DNA from: Patescibacteria group bacterium
GTDB taxonomy: Bacteria > Patescibacteriota > Patescibacteriia > UBA9934
Length of the DNA: 64,000 nucleotides
Reading direction: 5' to 3'
Assembly: GCA_041660165.1 (NCBI GenBank)
Contig: JBAZWW010000003.1
Span: 4,352 to 68,351, forward strand
This document shows, in pieces, positions 38,597 through 48,299 of the stretch. Position numbers and translations under genes: made by a program. The notes beneath the pieces are model-generated. The model worked only from the letters and a program-made list of their open reading frames with translations, did no database searches and was not told where the DNA came from. The number at the start of each line of letters is the position of its first letter. Within the stretch, counting starts at the first letter, position 1.

Positions 38597-38980
38597 ATGG
38601 CCAAAGCTATTTCCAAAGCATTTATTGAAGAGATGAAAGCTCTTCTCGTTGCCGAGTCCGCAAAACTCGAAACCGAACTTTCGCATATTGCCCACCGTAA
38701 CCCCAAAGAAAACGGGGAATTGATTACGGATTATAAAGACGTAGGAAGCGATGAAGGCGAAAACGCTTTTGAAGTTGCCCAATTTAGCGACAATCTTTCA
38801 CTCGAACAGGAGCTGGAGTCCGCTCAAAAGGACGTAAACTCGGCCTTGAAAGCTATTGAGAAAGGATCCTACGGCACCTGCAAATACTGCAAACAGCAAA
38901 TTTCCGAAGCCCGCCTGCGCATTCGCCCAACCTCAACGTCCTGCGTGGCCTGTAAGAAAACACTCACCCAAGAGCTCTAG
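38597..38980 (+). CDS. TraR/DksA C4-type zinc-finger protein
   Basis: Coiled coil then AL..IEKGSYGTCKYC...I...RL...P....CVAC. Confidence 0.9.
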   Translation: MAKAISKAFIEEMKALLVAESAKLETELSHIAHRNPKENGELITDYKDVGSDEGENAFEVAQFSDNLSLEQELESAQKDVNSALKAIEKGSYGTCKYCKQQISEARLRIRPTSTSCVACKKTLTQEL

Positions 38981-38981
38981 T

Positions 38982-39455
38982 ATGACCAAAGGACGCTTCC
39001 TTGCGGGGGTGGCCGTCCTCACGCTCCTTGCCGTACTCGACGCCATACTCAAGTCGCTCGCCATCAATCACGCCGGTCCCGCGAATAGTTCGAGCATTCC
39101 GCTACTTTTCGCCTTCGCTCTTCATAAAAATCCCGGCATCGCTTTTGATATTCCGCTCCCGCTTGCGATCATTCTTCCGCTCACCCTTGTCATTGGTGGT
39201 ATTTTCGGCGCGTATTTCGGCGCTTCGGCTGTTCGTTCTCACAAATACATTGAAGCCCTAGCCTGCGCCTCAATCTGTATAGGTGCCCTCGGTAATTTCA
39301 TTGACCGAGCCGTTAACGGTTTTACCACCGACTACCTCATTCTCTTCAGAACCTCGGCCATCAATCTCTCTGACCTCATGATCCTGGCCGGCATGATCGC
39401 TTTTTTGTGGTACCATAAAGGCATCCCCAGTAGTGAGGCACCGAAAACAATCTAA
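38982..39455 (+). CDS. lspA: Lipoprotein signal peptidase II
   Basis: LD...K, NPGIAF, GALGNFIDR, NLSD. Confidence 0.88.
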   Translation: MTKGRFLAGVAVLTLLAVLDAILKSLAINHAGPANSSSIPLLFAFALHKNPGIAFDIPLPLAIILPLTLVIGGIFGAYFGASAVRSHKYIEALACASICIGALGNFIDRAVNGFTTDYLILFRTSAINLSDLMILAGMIAFLWYHKGIPSSEAPKTI

Positions 39456-39480
39456 ATTAAAACTCCCCATACTTTTTTGT

Positions 39481-41025
39481 ATGGGTTTTGCTTTTGTGAG
39501 TTCCGCTACCATGTTTGGTCTTGAAGCCTTGCATGTGCGAGTAGAAACAGACATTTCAGGCGGTCTGCCCAGGTTTCACCTTGTTGGCCTGCCTGATACA
39601 GCAACGACCGAGGCACGCGAACGCGTGAAGGCTGCTATCAAAAATACCGGCCTGCAGTTTCCAAGGCCAGTGATTACCGTAAATCTCGCGCCGGCCGAGG
39701 TGAAGAAGCATGGTTCGGCGTACGATCTGCCGATTGCCATCAGCATCCTGGTGGCCGACGATCAGATTCCTGACAGCGACTTTCTGCGCGGAACAATGTT
39801 CTTGGGCGAACTGGCACTCGACGGAAACGTCAGATCGACAAATGGCGTCCTGCCCTGCGTCCTCTTGGCAAAAAAACTCGGCTTCACGGCGGTGGTTGTG
39901 CCGTTTGAAAACGCGCGCGAGGCATCTCTCGTACAGGGCATTAACGTTCACGCGGTGAAAACACTCGACGAGCTGGCTGGCGCGCTGAAAGACGGACGAT
40001 CATTGCCGGTGGTCGAGTACATCGCGGACGATTCGCCGTGCGACTTCGGCATTATTGCCAGTGATTTCAAACACATTGTCGGGCAAGACAGAGCCAAGAG
40101 GGCGCTGGAAATTGCCGCGGCCGGCGGGCATAACGTCCTACTTTCCGGCAGTCCGGGAAGTGGAAAGACTTTGCTCGCCCGCTCGCTTCCAGGAATTCTC
40201 CCGCCGTTATCGTTTGATGAATCACTCGAAGTCACCGCGATCCACTCGGTTCATGGCACCTTGCCGAAAGACCGGGTATTGATTCGCAACCGGCCGTTCC
40301 GCTCGCCCCATCACTCGGCCAGCGGGGTGGCGCTCGTGGGCGGAGGCGGGAACCCAAAACCGGGCGAGATCACCCTCGCGCACCACGGCGTCTTGTTTCT
40401 GGATGAGTTCCCCGAATTCCCAAGACACGCCCTTGAACATCTGCGCCAACCGCTGGAAGAAGGCAAGGTCACGGTCTCACGAGCCTCCGGCACCGTCGTC
40501 TTTCCCGCGCGCTTCATGCTGGTGGCCGCCATGAATCCCTGCCCGTGCGGGTATGCCTTTGACAAAGAACGCCCGTGTACGTGTTCAGAAATTTCTCGAC
40601 AACGCTACAGACAAAAAATATCCGGCCCTTTGCTTGACCGCATTGACCTGGTGGTCGAAGTTCCTCGATTGCCACTAACGAGTTTCAGCGATGCCGAGCG
40701 CGAACCATCAAGCGCTGTAGCACAACGAGTCGCGAACGCTCGTGCCTACGCGCAAACGCGATACGCGGGCGAACACATAGCCACGAACGCTGAGCTGACC
40801 AGCGCGCATCTACGAACACACTGCAAGCTAGACCCCGCTGATGCGGAGTATTTCCAACGCTCGGCTGAGAGGCTCAAGTTATCCGCGCGAGCGTACTCGC
40901 GAATGCTCAAAGTAGCGCGCACGATTGCGGATTTAGAACAAACACCCGCGATCACTCGCGGGCATCTCATGGAAGCACTACAGTTCAGATCAAACCTTAC
41001 CGGAGATACTCGTATGGGTTCTTGA
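39481..41025 (+). CDS. comM: ComM/YifB Mg-chelatase-like AAA+ ATPase
   Basis: VGLPD, NLAPA..KK.GS.YDLPIA, GSPGSGKT, RPFRSPHH, LFLDE, AAMNPCPCG. Confidence 0.93.
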   Translation: MGFAFVSSATMFGLEALHVRVETDISGGLPRFHLVGLPDTATTEARERVKAAIKNTGLQFPRPVITVNLAPAEVKKHGSAYDLPIAISILVADDQIPDSDFLRGTMFLGELALDGNVRSTNGVLPCVLLAKKLGFTAVVVPFENAREASLVQGINVHAVKTLDELAGALKDGRSLPVVEYIADDSPCDFGIIASDFKHIVGQDRAKRALEIAAAGGHNVLLSGSPGSGKTLLARSLPGILPPLSFDESLEVTAIHSVHGTLPKDRVLIRNRPFRSPHHSASGVALVGGGGNPKPGEITLAHHGVLFLDEFPEFPRHALEHLRQPLEEGKVTVSRASGTVVFPARFMLVAAMNPCPCGYAFDKERPCTCSEISRQRYRQKISGPLLDRIDLVVEVPRLPLTSFSDAEREPSSAVAQRVANARAYAQTRYAGEHIATNAELTSAHLRTHCKLDPADAEYFQRSAERLKLSARAYSRMLKVARTIADLEQTPAITRGHLMEALQFRSNLTGDTRMGS

Positions 41026-42331
41026 ATTTACCGCCAATGATGACTTCAAAGTGCAAATGGGTGCCGGTTGAATTACCAGTTGAACCACACCGACCAAGCG
41101 GAGTACCGGCCGTCACCTGCTGGCCCACCTTCACGTAAAGCTGATGGAAATGGCCGTACCGCGTAGTAATACCGTTGCCGTGATTGATTTCAACCGCGTT
41201 TCCGTAACCGCCCTTTACGCCAGCAAACTGCACAATACCGTCCGCGGCGGCATAGTTTGTGGCCGTACTAGTACCATCTGCATGGCCATCACAATCAATA
41301 TCGAGTCCGGTGTGATACCAGCTCAATCCGCGAACCACGTAATGGCCGTCGGATGGCCACAACATCTTGCCCAAAGCTGGCTTTACATCGCCACCAGCCG
41401 GTTTAGGCGTTCCGCTTGGGGCCGTAAAAATGTTCTTGACCGCGATTGGCCGAACCGATTTCACCGGCGGAGGGGCAATAAACTCACCGCCCGGCACAAT
41501 CAGTGTGGCGCCAACCGTGAGCGCAGATCCGCTCTGCATCTTGTTAAAGGCCAGCACGTCATCAGCACTTGCGCCGTACTTCTTGGCAATCGCCAGCAAG
41601 GTATCGCCTTTTTTCACCGTGTAGGAAACACCAGAGACGGGAAGAATGCTCAAATTGTCTCCAGGCTTAATGACCGAACGCACCGTCAAATTATTCGCCC
41701 AAAGAAGCGTATCAAGCGTGATAGCGAATTTATGCGCCACCGTTGAAAGTGTATCCCCATCTAACACTTTATAGACAATCGTGGTCTCTCTTGGCGCAAC
41801 AGAATCAACTGTGGTGGTAGTTGAAACCACGGACGTGGAAATGATCCCCTCGCCCAAAACCGAACTTACCGGTACGCCCTGCTCCGTATTTGAAGCAACC
41901 GGCGCCGGTCTAAGCGTACTATCGCCAAGATAGGAAATACCGGCAGAACCTGGGCGCGAGTAATCCGCATACTCCTCAATAACCTGCACCGGCTCTTGGG
42001 TGACGATGTTATACAGCAAACTTTTTTTGCCAAAGTCATCCCACTCCGCTCTCACCTCTCCAAATTGTAAATTTACGCCAATAGCCACAAATGCGACCAG
42101 AAGAACAATGCCGTGAACGGAATACCGGTTTGAAAGAAAGAACATGAACCTGTTTTTAGCCGGCCGGTACCATACGCTCATCTGGCGCTCTACTCCATAC
42201 AAAAGTCCGTAGGCCGGAATGACAAGAAAGCTGATAAAGATACGCCCAAGCGGAGAAAATACCCGGCTGACAAGCCGTGAAACGGAGAAAAAGGCGCGCT
42301 TTGTCATGACCAAGAGGCCAACAAAGAGCAA
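40997..42331 (-). CDS. LysM x2 + M23 peptidase cell-wall hydrolase
   Basis: Two Y.V..GDTL..(V/I)A.K LysM repeats, HTGLDI, HLHFEV; start uncertain. Confidence 0.9.
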   Translation of the reverse strand: MLFVGLLVMTKRAFFSVSRLVSRVFSPLGRIFISFLVIPAYGLLYGVERQMSVWYRPAKNRFMFFLSNRYSVHGIVLLVAFVAIGVNLQFGEVRAEWDDFGKKSLLYNIVTQEPVQVIEEYADYSRPGSAGISYLGDSTLRPAPVASNTEQGVPVSSVLGEGIISTSVVSTTTTVDSVAPRETTIVYKVLDGDTLSTVAHKFAITLDTLLWANNLTVRSVIKPGDNLSILPVSGVSYTVKKGDTLLAIAKKYGASADDVLAFNKMQSGSALTVGATLIVPGGEFIAPPPVKSVRPIAVKNIFTAPSGTPKPAGGDVKPALGKMLWPSDGHYVVRGLSWYHTGLDIDCDGHADGTSTATNYAAADGIVQFAGVKGGYGNAVEINHGNGITTRYGHFHQLYVKVGQQVTAGTPLGRCGSTGNSTGTHLHFEVIIGGKFKNPYEYLR

Positions 42332-42464
42332 CCCGATCCTGACAAAAAATGGCGAATTTAAGCGAGGAATATGTTAGCAAGGTTACCAACGTAGTATACC
42401 GCAACCGAGTTGACGTTTCAAGAAAATCAACTATAATCCCGGAATCAAAATCAATAGCTGTCCT

Positions 42465-43754
42465 ATGCCTTACGTTGTTGAAAAGTCCGAAAAGAATCGC
42501 GTCAAGCTCACTATCACTATTCCTAAAGAGGCTGTTGAAGCCGGCATGCGCCACTCGGCTGAACACTTGAGTGAAGACACCACTATTCCCGGTTTCCGTC
42601 CCGGCAAAGCGCCGTATGAGACTATAGTTCAGCGTTATGGCGAAATGAAAATCCTTGAGGCAGCAACTGAAGAACTCATTAAAGCCGCCTTTGTCGAGGC
42701 CATGCTTGACGAGGACCTGGAAACCGTTGGCCAGCCCTATTTCAACATGGTGAAGCTGGCCCCTGGAAATGAAATGGTGTTTACCGCCGAGATGTCACTG
42801 ATGCCGGAAGTAAAAAAACTCGCCGATTACAAATCGTTCTCGATCAAGGCCGAATCAACCACGCCAAGCCCAGAGACGATTGAACAAGCAAAAACTGACC
42901 TCACGCGCATGAAGATGAAGGAAACCCGGGCAGAAGCCGGCCGAGTACTTGCTCAAGGCGACAAGGCAGTCGTGAAACTGACCATGAAGAAAGACGGCGT
43001 AGAAATTGAGGGAGGAAGCTCAGAAAACCATGGCATTTACACCAACGAACCGCACTACATCCCGGGCTTTGTCGAGAAAATAATCGGCGCCAAGGAAGGC
43101 GAGGAACGATTGTTCACGCTAAAATTCCCGGCCGATCATTACCAGAAGCACTTGGCCGGAAAGGACTTGGACTTCCACGTGAAGGTGAACGAAATCTTTA
43201 CACTTGATATTCCAGCACTTGACGATGAGTTTGCCAAAGGCCTTGGTCTGCCAAGCGCTGATGAGCTCATGAAGAAGCTTCACGAAAATCTCTCAGCTGA
43301 AAAGATTGAGCAGGAAAACCGCCGTCAGGAAAAAGAATTACTCGAACTGCTGGCCGAAAAGTCTACGTTCGATGAATTCTCTGATCTTCTCGTTAACCAA
43401 GAGATAGACAAGATGGTCGAAGAATTGAAACAGTGGGTTGATAAAAACGGCATGGAATGGGACAAGTATCTTGTCTCAACCAACAAATCAATCACCGAAA
43501 TCAAGCTCGACTTCACGCCCCAGGCGATTATCCGTCTCAAGGTCGCACTCGTCTTGAACGAAGTAGCCAAGCTCGAGAAAATCACCCCCACAATTGAGGA
43601 AGTTGATCACGAACTGGACGAACTCGCCAAAACAATCGAAAACAATCCCGAAGCTAAGGAGTACGTCTACTCTCCCGCCTTCCGCGAACGAATTGAACAC
43701 CAAGTCCGCAACCGCAAAACCCTGGAGTTCCTGAAGAAGACCATGGTTAAGTAA
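42465..43754 (+). CDS. tig: Trigger factor
   Basis: IPGFRPGKAP signature, FKBP-like domain. Confidence 0.95.
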   Translation: MPYVVEKSEKNRVKLTITIPKEAVEAGMRHSAEHLSEDTTIPGFRPGKAPYETIVQRYGEMKILEAATEELIKAAFVEAMLDEDLETVGQPYFNMVKLAPGNEMVFTAEMSLMPEVKKLADYKSFSIKAESTTPSPETIEQAKTDLTRMKMKETRAEAGRVLAQGDKAVVKLTMKKDGVEIEGGSSENHGIYTNEPHYIPGFVEKIIGAKEGEERLFTLKFPADHYQKHLAGKDLDFHVKVNEIFTLDIPALDDEFAKGLGLPSADELMKKLHENLSAEKIEQENRRQEKELLELLAEKSTFDEFSDLLVNQEIDKMVEELKQWVDKNGMEWDKYLVSTNKSITEIKLDFTPQAIIRLKVALVLNEVAKLEKITPTIEEVDHELDELAKTIENNPEAKEYVYSPAFRERIEHQVRNRKTLEFLKKTMVK

Positions 43755-43813
43755 ACAAATTGCTCTCGAGACATCTCGAGGGCTTTTGTTTTATGTGCTA
43801 ATCTATCAGTTAT

Positions 43814-44665
43814 ATGAGACTCGGTGCACACGTATCGGCAGCAGGTGGCTTGTGGAAAGCCGGGATTTATGGCGAGGAGTTGGGTTGCGAGGTGATTCAG
43901 ATATTTACTCGGCCTCCGCAGAGTTTTTCGGTCAAGCCGATCACGGATGAAGATGCCGAGAAGTTCAAAACCTCGATGAAAGAACACAAAATCCAAGACG
44001 TGTATATTCACGCCCCGTACCTGGTCAATCTCGCCTCCGGCAATAACCGCGTCTATCACGGTTCTATCAGCATGATCCGCGGAGAGCTTGAGCGTGGCAC
44101 TCAACTCGGCGCAAAAGCTGTCATGTTCCACCCCGGCTCAGCCAAGGACGTTGGTCGAGGGAAGGGAATCGAGATGGTTTCAAAGGCGCTCGACAAAATG
44201 CTCGAGGGATATGAAGGTTCGACGCAGTTGCTGATCGAAATCTCGGCCGGTGCAGGGGAAATCATGGGTGATTCATTCGAAGAAATCACGGCGTTTATAG
44301 ACGGTTCGAAATATGGCAAGGACATTGGCGTGTGTTTTGATACTCAGCATGCATTCGCGAGCGGTTACGATCTTCGCACAGCCAAAGACGTCGAAAAGAC
44401 CTTTAAGTTGTTCGACAAAACCATCGGCCTCAAAAAACTCGTCGCTTCGCATTGCAACGACTCGAAAGTAGAGTTCGAAGCGCACAAGGACAGACACGAA
44501 CATCTCGGCAAAGGTTCGATGGGCGTTGAGGCGTTCAAAGCCATCGTCCAAAGCAAACTCCTGAAACACGTCGACTTAATCCTCGAAACTCCTTACGAGG
44601 GCGGGGGAGGGAATGATCCAGAACGAGTAGAGGATATGAAATTATTAAAGGGTTTCCGCAAATAA
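43814..44665 (+). CDS. nfo: Endonuclease IV
   Basis: GAHVS.AGG, HAPYLVNL, FHPG, CFDTQHAFASGYD, H.NDSK, DRHEH, ILETP. Confidence 0.95.
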   Translation: MRLGAHVSAAGGLWKAGIYGEELGCEVIQIFTRPPQSFSVKPITDEDAEKFKTSMKEHKIQDVYIHAPYLVNLASGNNRVYHGSISMIRGELERGTQLGAKAVMFHPGSAKDVGRGKGIEMVSKALDKMLEGYEGSTQLLIEISAGAGEIMGDSFEEITAFIDGSKYGKDIGVCFDTQHAFASGYDLRTAKDVEKTFKLFDKTIGLKKLVASHCNDSKVEFEAHKDRHEHLGKGSMGVEAFKAIVQSKLLKHVDLILETPYEGGGGNDPERVEDMKLLKGFRK

Positions 44666-44668
44666 CCT

Positions 44669-44839
44669 ATGAAAATAACTCTCTGCGGTAGTCTCAAATT
44701 TCTTGATGACATGGTTTCGACAAAGAATGAACTCGAGTCTCTCGGTCATTCAGTCTACATGCCACCAACTCAGATTACGTTGCCTGACGGACGCGAGATC
44801 AGTACGGCTGAAATGTATGCGACTTACAAAACCGCCTAA
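44669..44839 (+). pseudogene. Truncated 5' fragment of a MKITLCGS-type (nucleoside deoxyribosyltransferase-like) gene
   Basis: Manual translation MKITLCGSLKFLDDMVSTKNELESLGHSVYMPP...YKTA*, only 56 aa. Confidence 0.5.
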
Positions 44840-44984
44840 GAGCGAGCCCCGTTGGTACGCACTCGGCAAAACGAACGAGGGACGCTTACTCTTCCTGGCC
44901 TTCACCATCCGCCATGAAAAAATCCGTATCATCTCAGCGCGAGACATGAGTAAACATGAACGACAAGCATATGCAAAAGCTTAA
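44840..44984 (+). pseudogene. 3' half of a BrnT toxin gene
   Basis: SEPRWYALGKTNEGRLLFLAFTIRHEKIRIISARDMSKHER; the BrnT N-terminus (F.WD..K...N..KH) is missing. Confidence 0.7.
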
Positions 44985-45225
44985 AATGATCCCGCAATTC
45001 AAAAACGAAGCCGCTGAACAGGCTTTCTGGGAGAAACACGACTCCAGTGAATATCTTGACTGGTCAAAAGCCAAACTGGCTGTTTTTCCTGAATTAAAAA
45101 CTTCAACGGAAGCAATTTCTCTGCGTTTGCCCACTTCGCTTCTCAGCCGTATAAAGTCGGCGGCCAATAAGATCGACGTCCCGTATCAGTCGTTCATCAA
45201 GATGATTATCGACAAAGCCGTCTAA
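44971..45225 (+). CDS. BrnA/CopG-like antitoxin
   Basis: IPQFKNEAAEQAFWEKHDS.EY.DW, ISLRLP, A....VPYQS.IK. Confidence 0.85.
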   Translation: MQKLKMIPQFKNEAAEQAFWEKHDSSEYLDWSKAKLAVFPELKTSTEAISLRLPTSLLSRIKSAANKIDVPYQSFIKMIIDKAV

Positions 45226-45254
45226 TCAGATCCCTCGCTTTGCTCGGGATGACA
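45224..45254. repeat. REP-like repeat (variant A)
   Basis: AATCAGATCCCTCGCTTTGCTCGGGATGACA; another copy at 45553-45581. Confidence 0.75.
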
Positions 45255-45259
45255 CATAT

Positions 45260-45514
45260 ATGATCCTCTCCATCCACGTTAAACCAAAAGCCCACGAGAC
45301 AAAGTTCGTGAGCTGGCTAGACGACCACACGGCGGTTATTGCGATTCATGCGACGCCAAGTGATGGCGAGGCTAATCTCGAGCTGATCAAATTCCTTTCG
45401 GCCAAACTCAACGTCCCCAAAACGTTCATTCTTCTAAAAAGCGGGCACACCAGCCGGGTCAAAAAGGTTGAACTGCCGGAGGGGACTTCTCTTTCGGGGC
45501 TCTCTTCCCAGTAA
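45260..45514 (+). CDS. DUF167 (YggU-like) protein
   Basis: I.VKPKA, A.P.DGEAN.ELIKFLS..L.VPK..I.L.SG.TSR.K. Confidence 0.88.
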   Translation: MILSIHVKPKAHETKFVSWLDDHTAVIAIHATPSDGEANLELIKFLSAKLNVPKTFILLKSGHTSRVKKVELPEGTSLSGLSSQ

Positions 45515-45598
45515 AGCTACATTGTAGCTTTAGCAAAATGCTCTCGACCGATGCAGATCCCTCGCTCTGCTCGGGATAACACATCTCGGGATGGCGCG

Positions 45599-45841
45599 TC
45601 ACGGCTGATCAATACCGCCGTCAGTCCACGGATGACATCTCAAAACTCTTCCCCCTCCTTTAAAAGCTCCCCTCAGAACCCCGTATTTCAGAATGGCCTG
45701 CCGAGTGTACTCGGAACACGATGGATAGAATGGACAATACCCATACGGATACAAAATTTTCAAAGGACCGTGATCAAAGGACACGGTCTTTTGATAGGCC
45801 AGAATTGGCAAGCAAGCCAGATTTCTTAAGAACGCCTTCAA
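45599..45841 (-). CDS. yidD: Membrane protein insertion efficiency factor YidD
   Basis: YQ..VS, CPFYPSCSEY..QAI.KYG, RVLRCHPW..GG.D; TTG start inferred, overlaps rnpA end. Confidence 0.88.
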   Translation of the reverse strand: MKAFLRNLACLPILAYQKTVSFDHGPLKILYPYGYCPFYPSCSEYTRQAILKYGVLRGAFKGGGRVLRCHPWTDGGIDQP

Positions 45842-46145
45842 GGCGCTGTTCCTTTGCTGAAAAATCAAGGTCAAGCGCTCCTTTGCCGGCCAAGAGAATA
45901 AGGTCATAGCCTGGAGTAATCCTTGGTAACATTTTTTTCATGATTTCCTGATACTGGCGCCTGACCCAGTTGCGATCAACAGCCCGCTTGCTCACCTTGA
46001 GGCCGGTCACGACGGTTACTCGAACAGTAGTTGTGCCGTTCTTGCTGTACTTCACTCCACACACGGCATCAAACACGCCCTTCTTGGCCTTAAGGACTTT
46101 GGCAATATCCGCGTCTTTCTTCAGGCGTTGGCTCTTCTTTAACAT
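45774..46145 (-). CDS. rnpA: Ribonuclease P protein component
   Basis: ML.K..RLKK, KVSKRAVDRN.VRR; follows rpmH. Confidence 0.9.
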   Translation of the reverse strand: MLKKSQRLKKDADIAKVLKAKKGVFDAVCGVKYSKNGTTTVRVTVVTGLKVSKRAVDRNWVRRQYQEIMKKMLPRITPGYDLILLAGKGALDLDFSAKEQRLEGVLKKSGLLANSGLSKDRVL

Positions 46146-46162
46146 AAAAGAAAACCCCCGTT

Positions 46163-46315
46163 CTAGCGGGGGCGCTCTTTGAGCGTAAGTTTCTTGCGTC
46201 CCTTAGCGCGTCTGCGCTTCAAAACAGCTCGGCCGTCCTTGGTCTTCATCCGCTGGCGGAAGCCGTGCACCTTGGCCCGTCTGACCTTCTTTGGTTGGTA
46301 TGTTCGCTTAGGCAT
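46163..46315 (-). CDS. rpmH: 50S ribosomal protein L34
   Basis: Manual translation [50 protein letters not shown]. Confidence 0.97.
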   Translation of the reverse strand: MPKRTYQPKKVRRAKVHGFRQRMKTKDGRAVLKRRRAKGRKKLTLKERPR

Positions 46316-46380
46316 ATATAAAGTACCGAGAGGATAGGGTAGTTTGGAGAAAACGTCAACTGCTTAAGCAATAATACCCT

Positions 46381-46483
46381 ATTTTACACAGATCGCAAAA
46401 ACGACGACAGATTTAACACAGATATGAGGTCCGATCCATGTCCATCTGTGTTTATCTGTGACAGAGGGCGATCTGTGTTCATC
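46381..46483. repeat. ACACAGAT/ATCTGTG palindromic element
   Basis: ACACAGATCGC...GACAGATTTAACACAGAT / ATCTGTGTTTATCTGTG...GCGATCTGTGT. Confidence 0.7.
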
Positions 46484-46493
46484 GAATGTCGAG

Positions 46494-46572
46494 TTACCCA
46501 CAGCCTATCCACACTTATCCACAACTTCACAGAAAGCTCAACACTTGCAATAGTTTGTGGGCTGTGGATAGA
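46494..46572. promoter_or_regulatory. oriC left part / dnaA promoter DnaA boxes
   Basis: TTACCCACA, CTATCCACA, TTATCCACA in tandem; TGTGGATAG. Confidence 0.8.
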
Positions 46573-46634
46573 TTGGCTATGATACTTGATGTCGTTACTC
46601 CTAAACGCAATGCGCTATGGAAATTGGTTCGCCC

Positions 46635-48020
46635 ATGAATACTCACGAACTTTGGCAGGCTGTTCTGGCCCGCCTTGAACTCAAGCTGAGTAAAGCGCAT
46701 TTCAGTACGTGGTTCCGCCAAACCTTTGTTTGCGAATACCGAATAGGGGAGGCCATCATTGCCGTGCCGAACAACATTGCCCAGTCGTGGCTGGAAAAGA
46801 AGTATTACAAAGACATCCTTGAAGCACTCCAGGCCGTGACGGACCAGCCGATCCGTAAACTAACGGTTCGCATTGAAACAAAGCCCCTTCCGCCACAACC
46901 CATTCAGCTCACCGCGCAGAAGCCCGCCCCCGCTGATGACTACGGTTTCCTGCCAACCAATGGCGCAGAGCCAATGCAGGCGCCAACGGGCAACATTTCC
47001 GTTAATCCCATCTACACCTTTCAAACATTCGTCGTCGGCAAACAGAACGAACTCGCCCACGCCGCGTCACAGGCCGTCTCCTCTCAACCCGGCGGAACGT
47101 ATAACCCGCTCTTCATTTATGGAGGCGTCGGACTCGGCAAAACCCACCTACTGCATGCCATAGCCAACGAAATCCGCAGAAAGTGGCAAAACGCCCGTAT
47201 CATGTATGTAACGTGCGAGCATTTCACGAACGACTTCATTCACTCTATCCGCTCTGGTAAGGGCAAGGAATTCAAGGATCGCTACCGCAATGTTGATCTC
47301 CTGCTGATCGACGACATTCAGTTTATTACCGGCAAAGAGGGGACTCAGGAAGAGTTCTTCCATACCTTTAACACGCTCCACCAGGACAACAAGCAGATCG
47401 TCATCTCATCAGACCGTCCACCGAAATCGATCGCCGGCCTTGAAAAACGCCTGCAGTCCCGGCTCGAATGGGGCATGCTCGTAGACGTTGGCACGCCGGA
47501 TCTCGAAACCAGGATCGCCATTCTCGAAAAGAAGTGTCTCGAGAAAGGCTTTCCTCTAAATAAGGAGATCCTGCAGTACGTTGCCTCAACTGTTTCATCG
47601 AACGTTCGCGAACTTGAAGGCGCTTTGAACAAAATCATCGCCGTTCACCAGTTCCGCAACATGGAAGCAACCCTAGACACCATCAAACCGATTATTTCCA
47701 CGTTTGAGTCCGAAAACATCAAGAAAACTGTGACACCCAAGCAGGTCATCATGATCGTGGCGGCCTATTTCGACATTCAGATTGAGGACGTACTTGGCAA
47801 GTCTCGTGAAAAACGCCTAGCCTTCCCCCGACAGATCATCATGTTCTTACTTCGCGAGGAAATGAAGTCCTCGTACCCCACCATTGGCACAGAACTTGGC
47901 GGTAGAGATCACACCACTGCCATGCACGCACACTCAAAGATCATGAATATGCTTGATTCTGATGATAAACTTCAGAAAGACCTCGAGCTTATCAAGCAAC
48001 GCCTGTACACCGGTGTATAA
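46635..48020 (+). CDS. dnaA: Chromosomal replication initiator DnaA
   Basis: YNPLFIYGGVGLGKTHL, LLIDDIQF, RELEGAL, GGRDHTT. Confidence 0.98.
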   Translation: MNTHELWQAVLARLELKLSKAHFSTWFRQTFVCEYRIGEAIIAVPNNIAQSWLEKKYYKDILEALQAVTDQPIRKLTVRIETKPLPPQPIQLTAQKPAPADDYGFLPTNGAEPMQAPTGNISVNPIYTFQTFVVGKQNELAHAASQAVSSQPGGTYNPLFIYGGVGLGKTHLLHAIANEIRRKWQNARIMYVTCEHFTNDFIHSIRSGKGKEFKDRYRNVDLLLIDDIQFITGKEGTQEEFFHTFNTLHQDNKQIVISSDRPPKSIAGLEKRLQSRLEWGMLVDVGTPDLETRIAILEKKCLEKGFPLNKEILQYVASTVSSNVRELEGALNKIIAVHQFRNMEATLDTIKPIISTFESENIKKTVTPKQVIMIVAAYFDIQIEDVLGKSREKRLAFPRQIIMFLLREEMKSSYPTIGTELGGRDHTTAMHAHSKIMNMLDSDDKLQKDLELIKQRLYTGV

Positions 48021-48299
48021 AAGGGGGACAACCTGTGAACTGAGGAAAACTTGTGTACAACCCCGTGGATAAGGGGAGGGATAACCAGTAGGATAACGCG
48101 GTGCATAAATGGGGGATAGATCGAGGAGCTTCAAACCTCGCTGACTTGCCCACCATCCGTCCAGTGCTCCGCGCAGGTTTTCTACACAACCGATAATCTC
48201 AAATAGGCCGATAGATAAAAGGCTTGCCGAGTTATCCGCCTTATCCACAGACTCTCTATTGTTACTGGTTCTTATATATAAATAATTCAGAAGCAATCT
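48021..48299. other. Replication origin oriC (dnaA-dnaN intergenic unwinding region)
   Basis: Several GGATAA boxes, tandem TTATCCGCC-TTATCCACA (48232-48249), trio-like CTATTGTTACTG, then AT-rich TTATATATAAATAATT. Confidence 0.8.

Noticed and set aside
38295-38636. 113-aa and 79-aa ORFs across the ncRNA candidate
   Set aside because: TTG starts without RBS, no recognisable motifs, cross a terminator-like element and overlap dksA
45774-46315. rpmH-rnpA fusion
   Set aside because: Different frames; rpmH stops at TAG 46163
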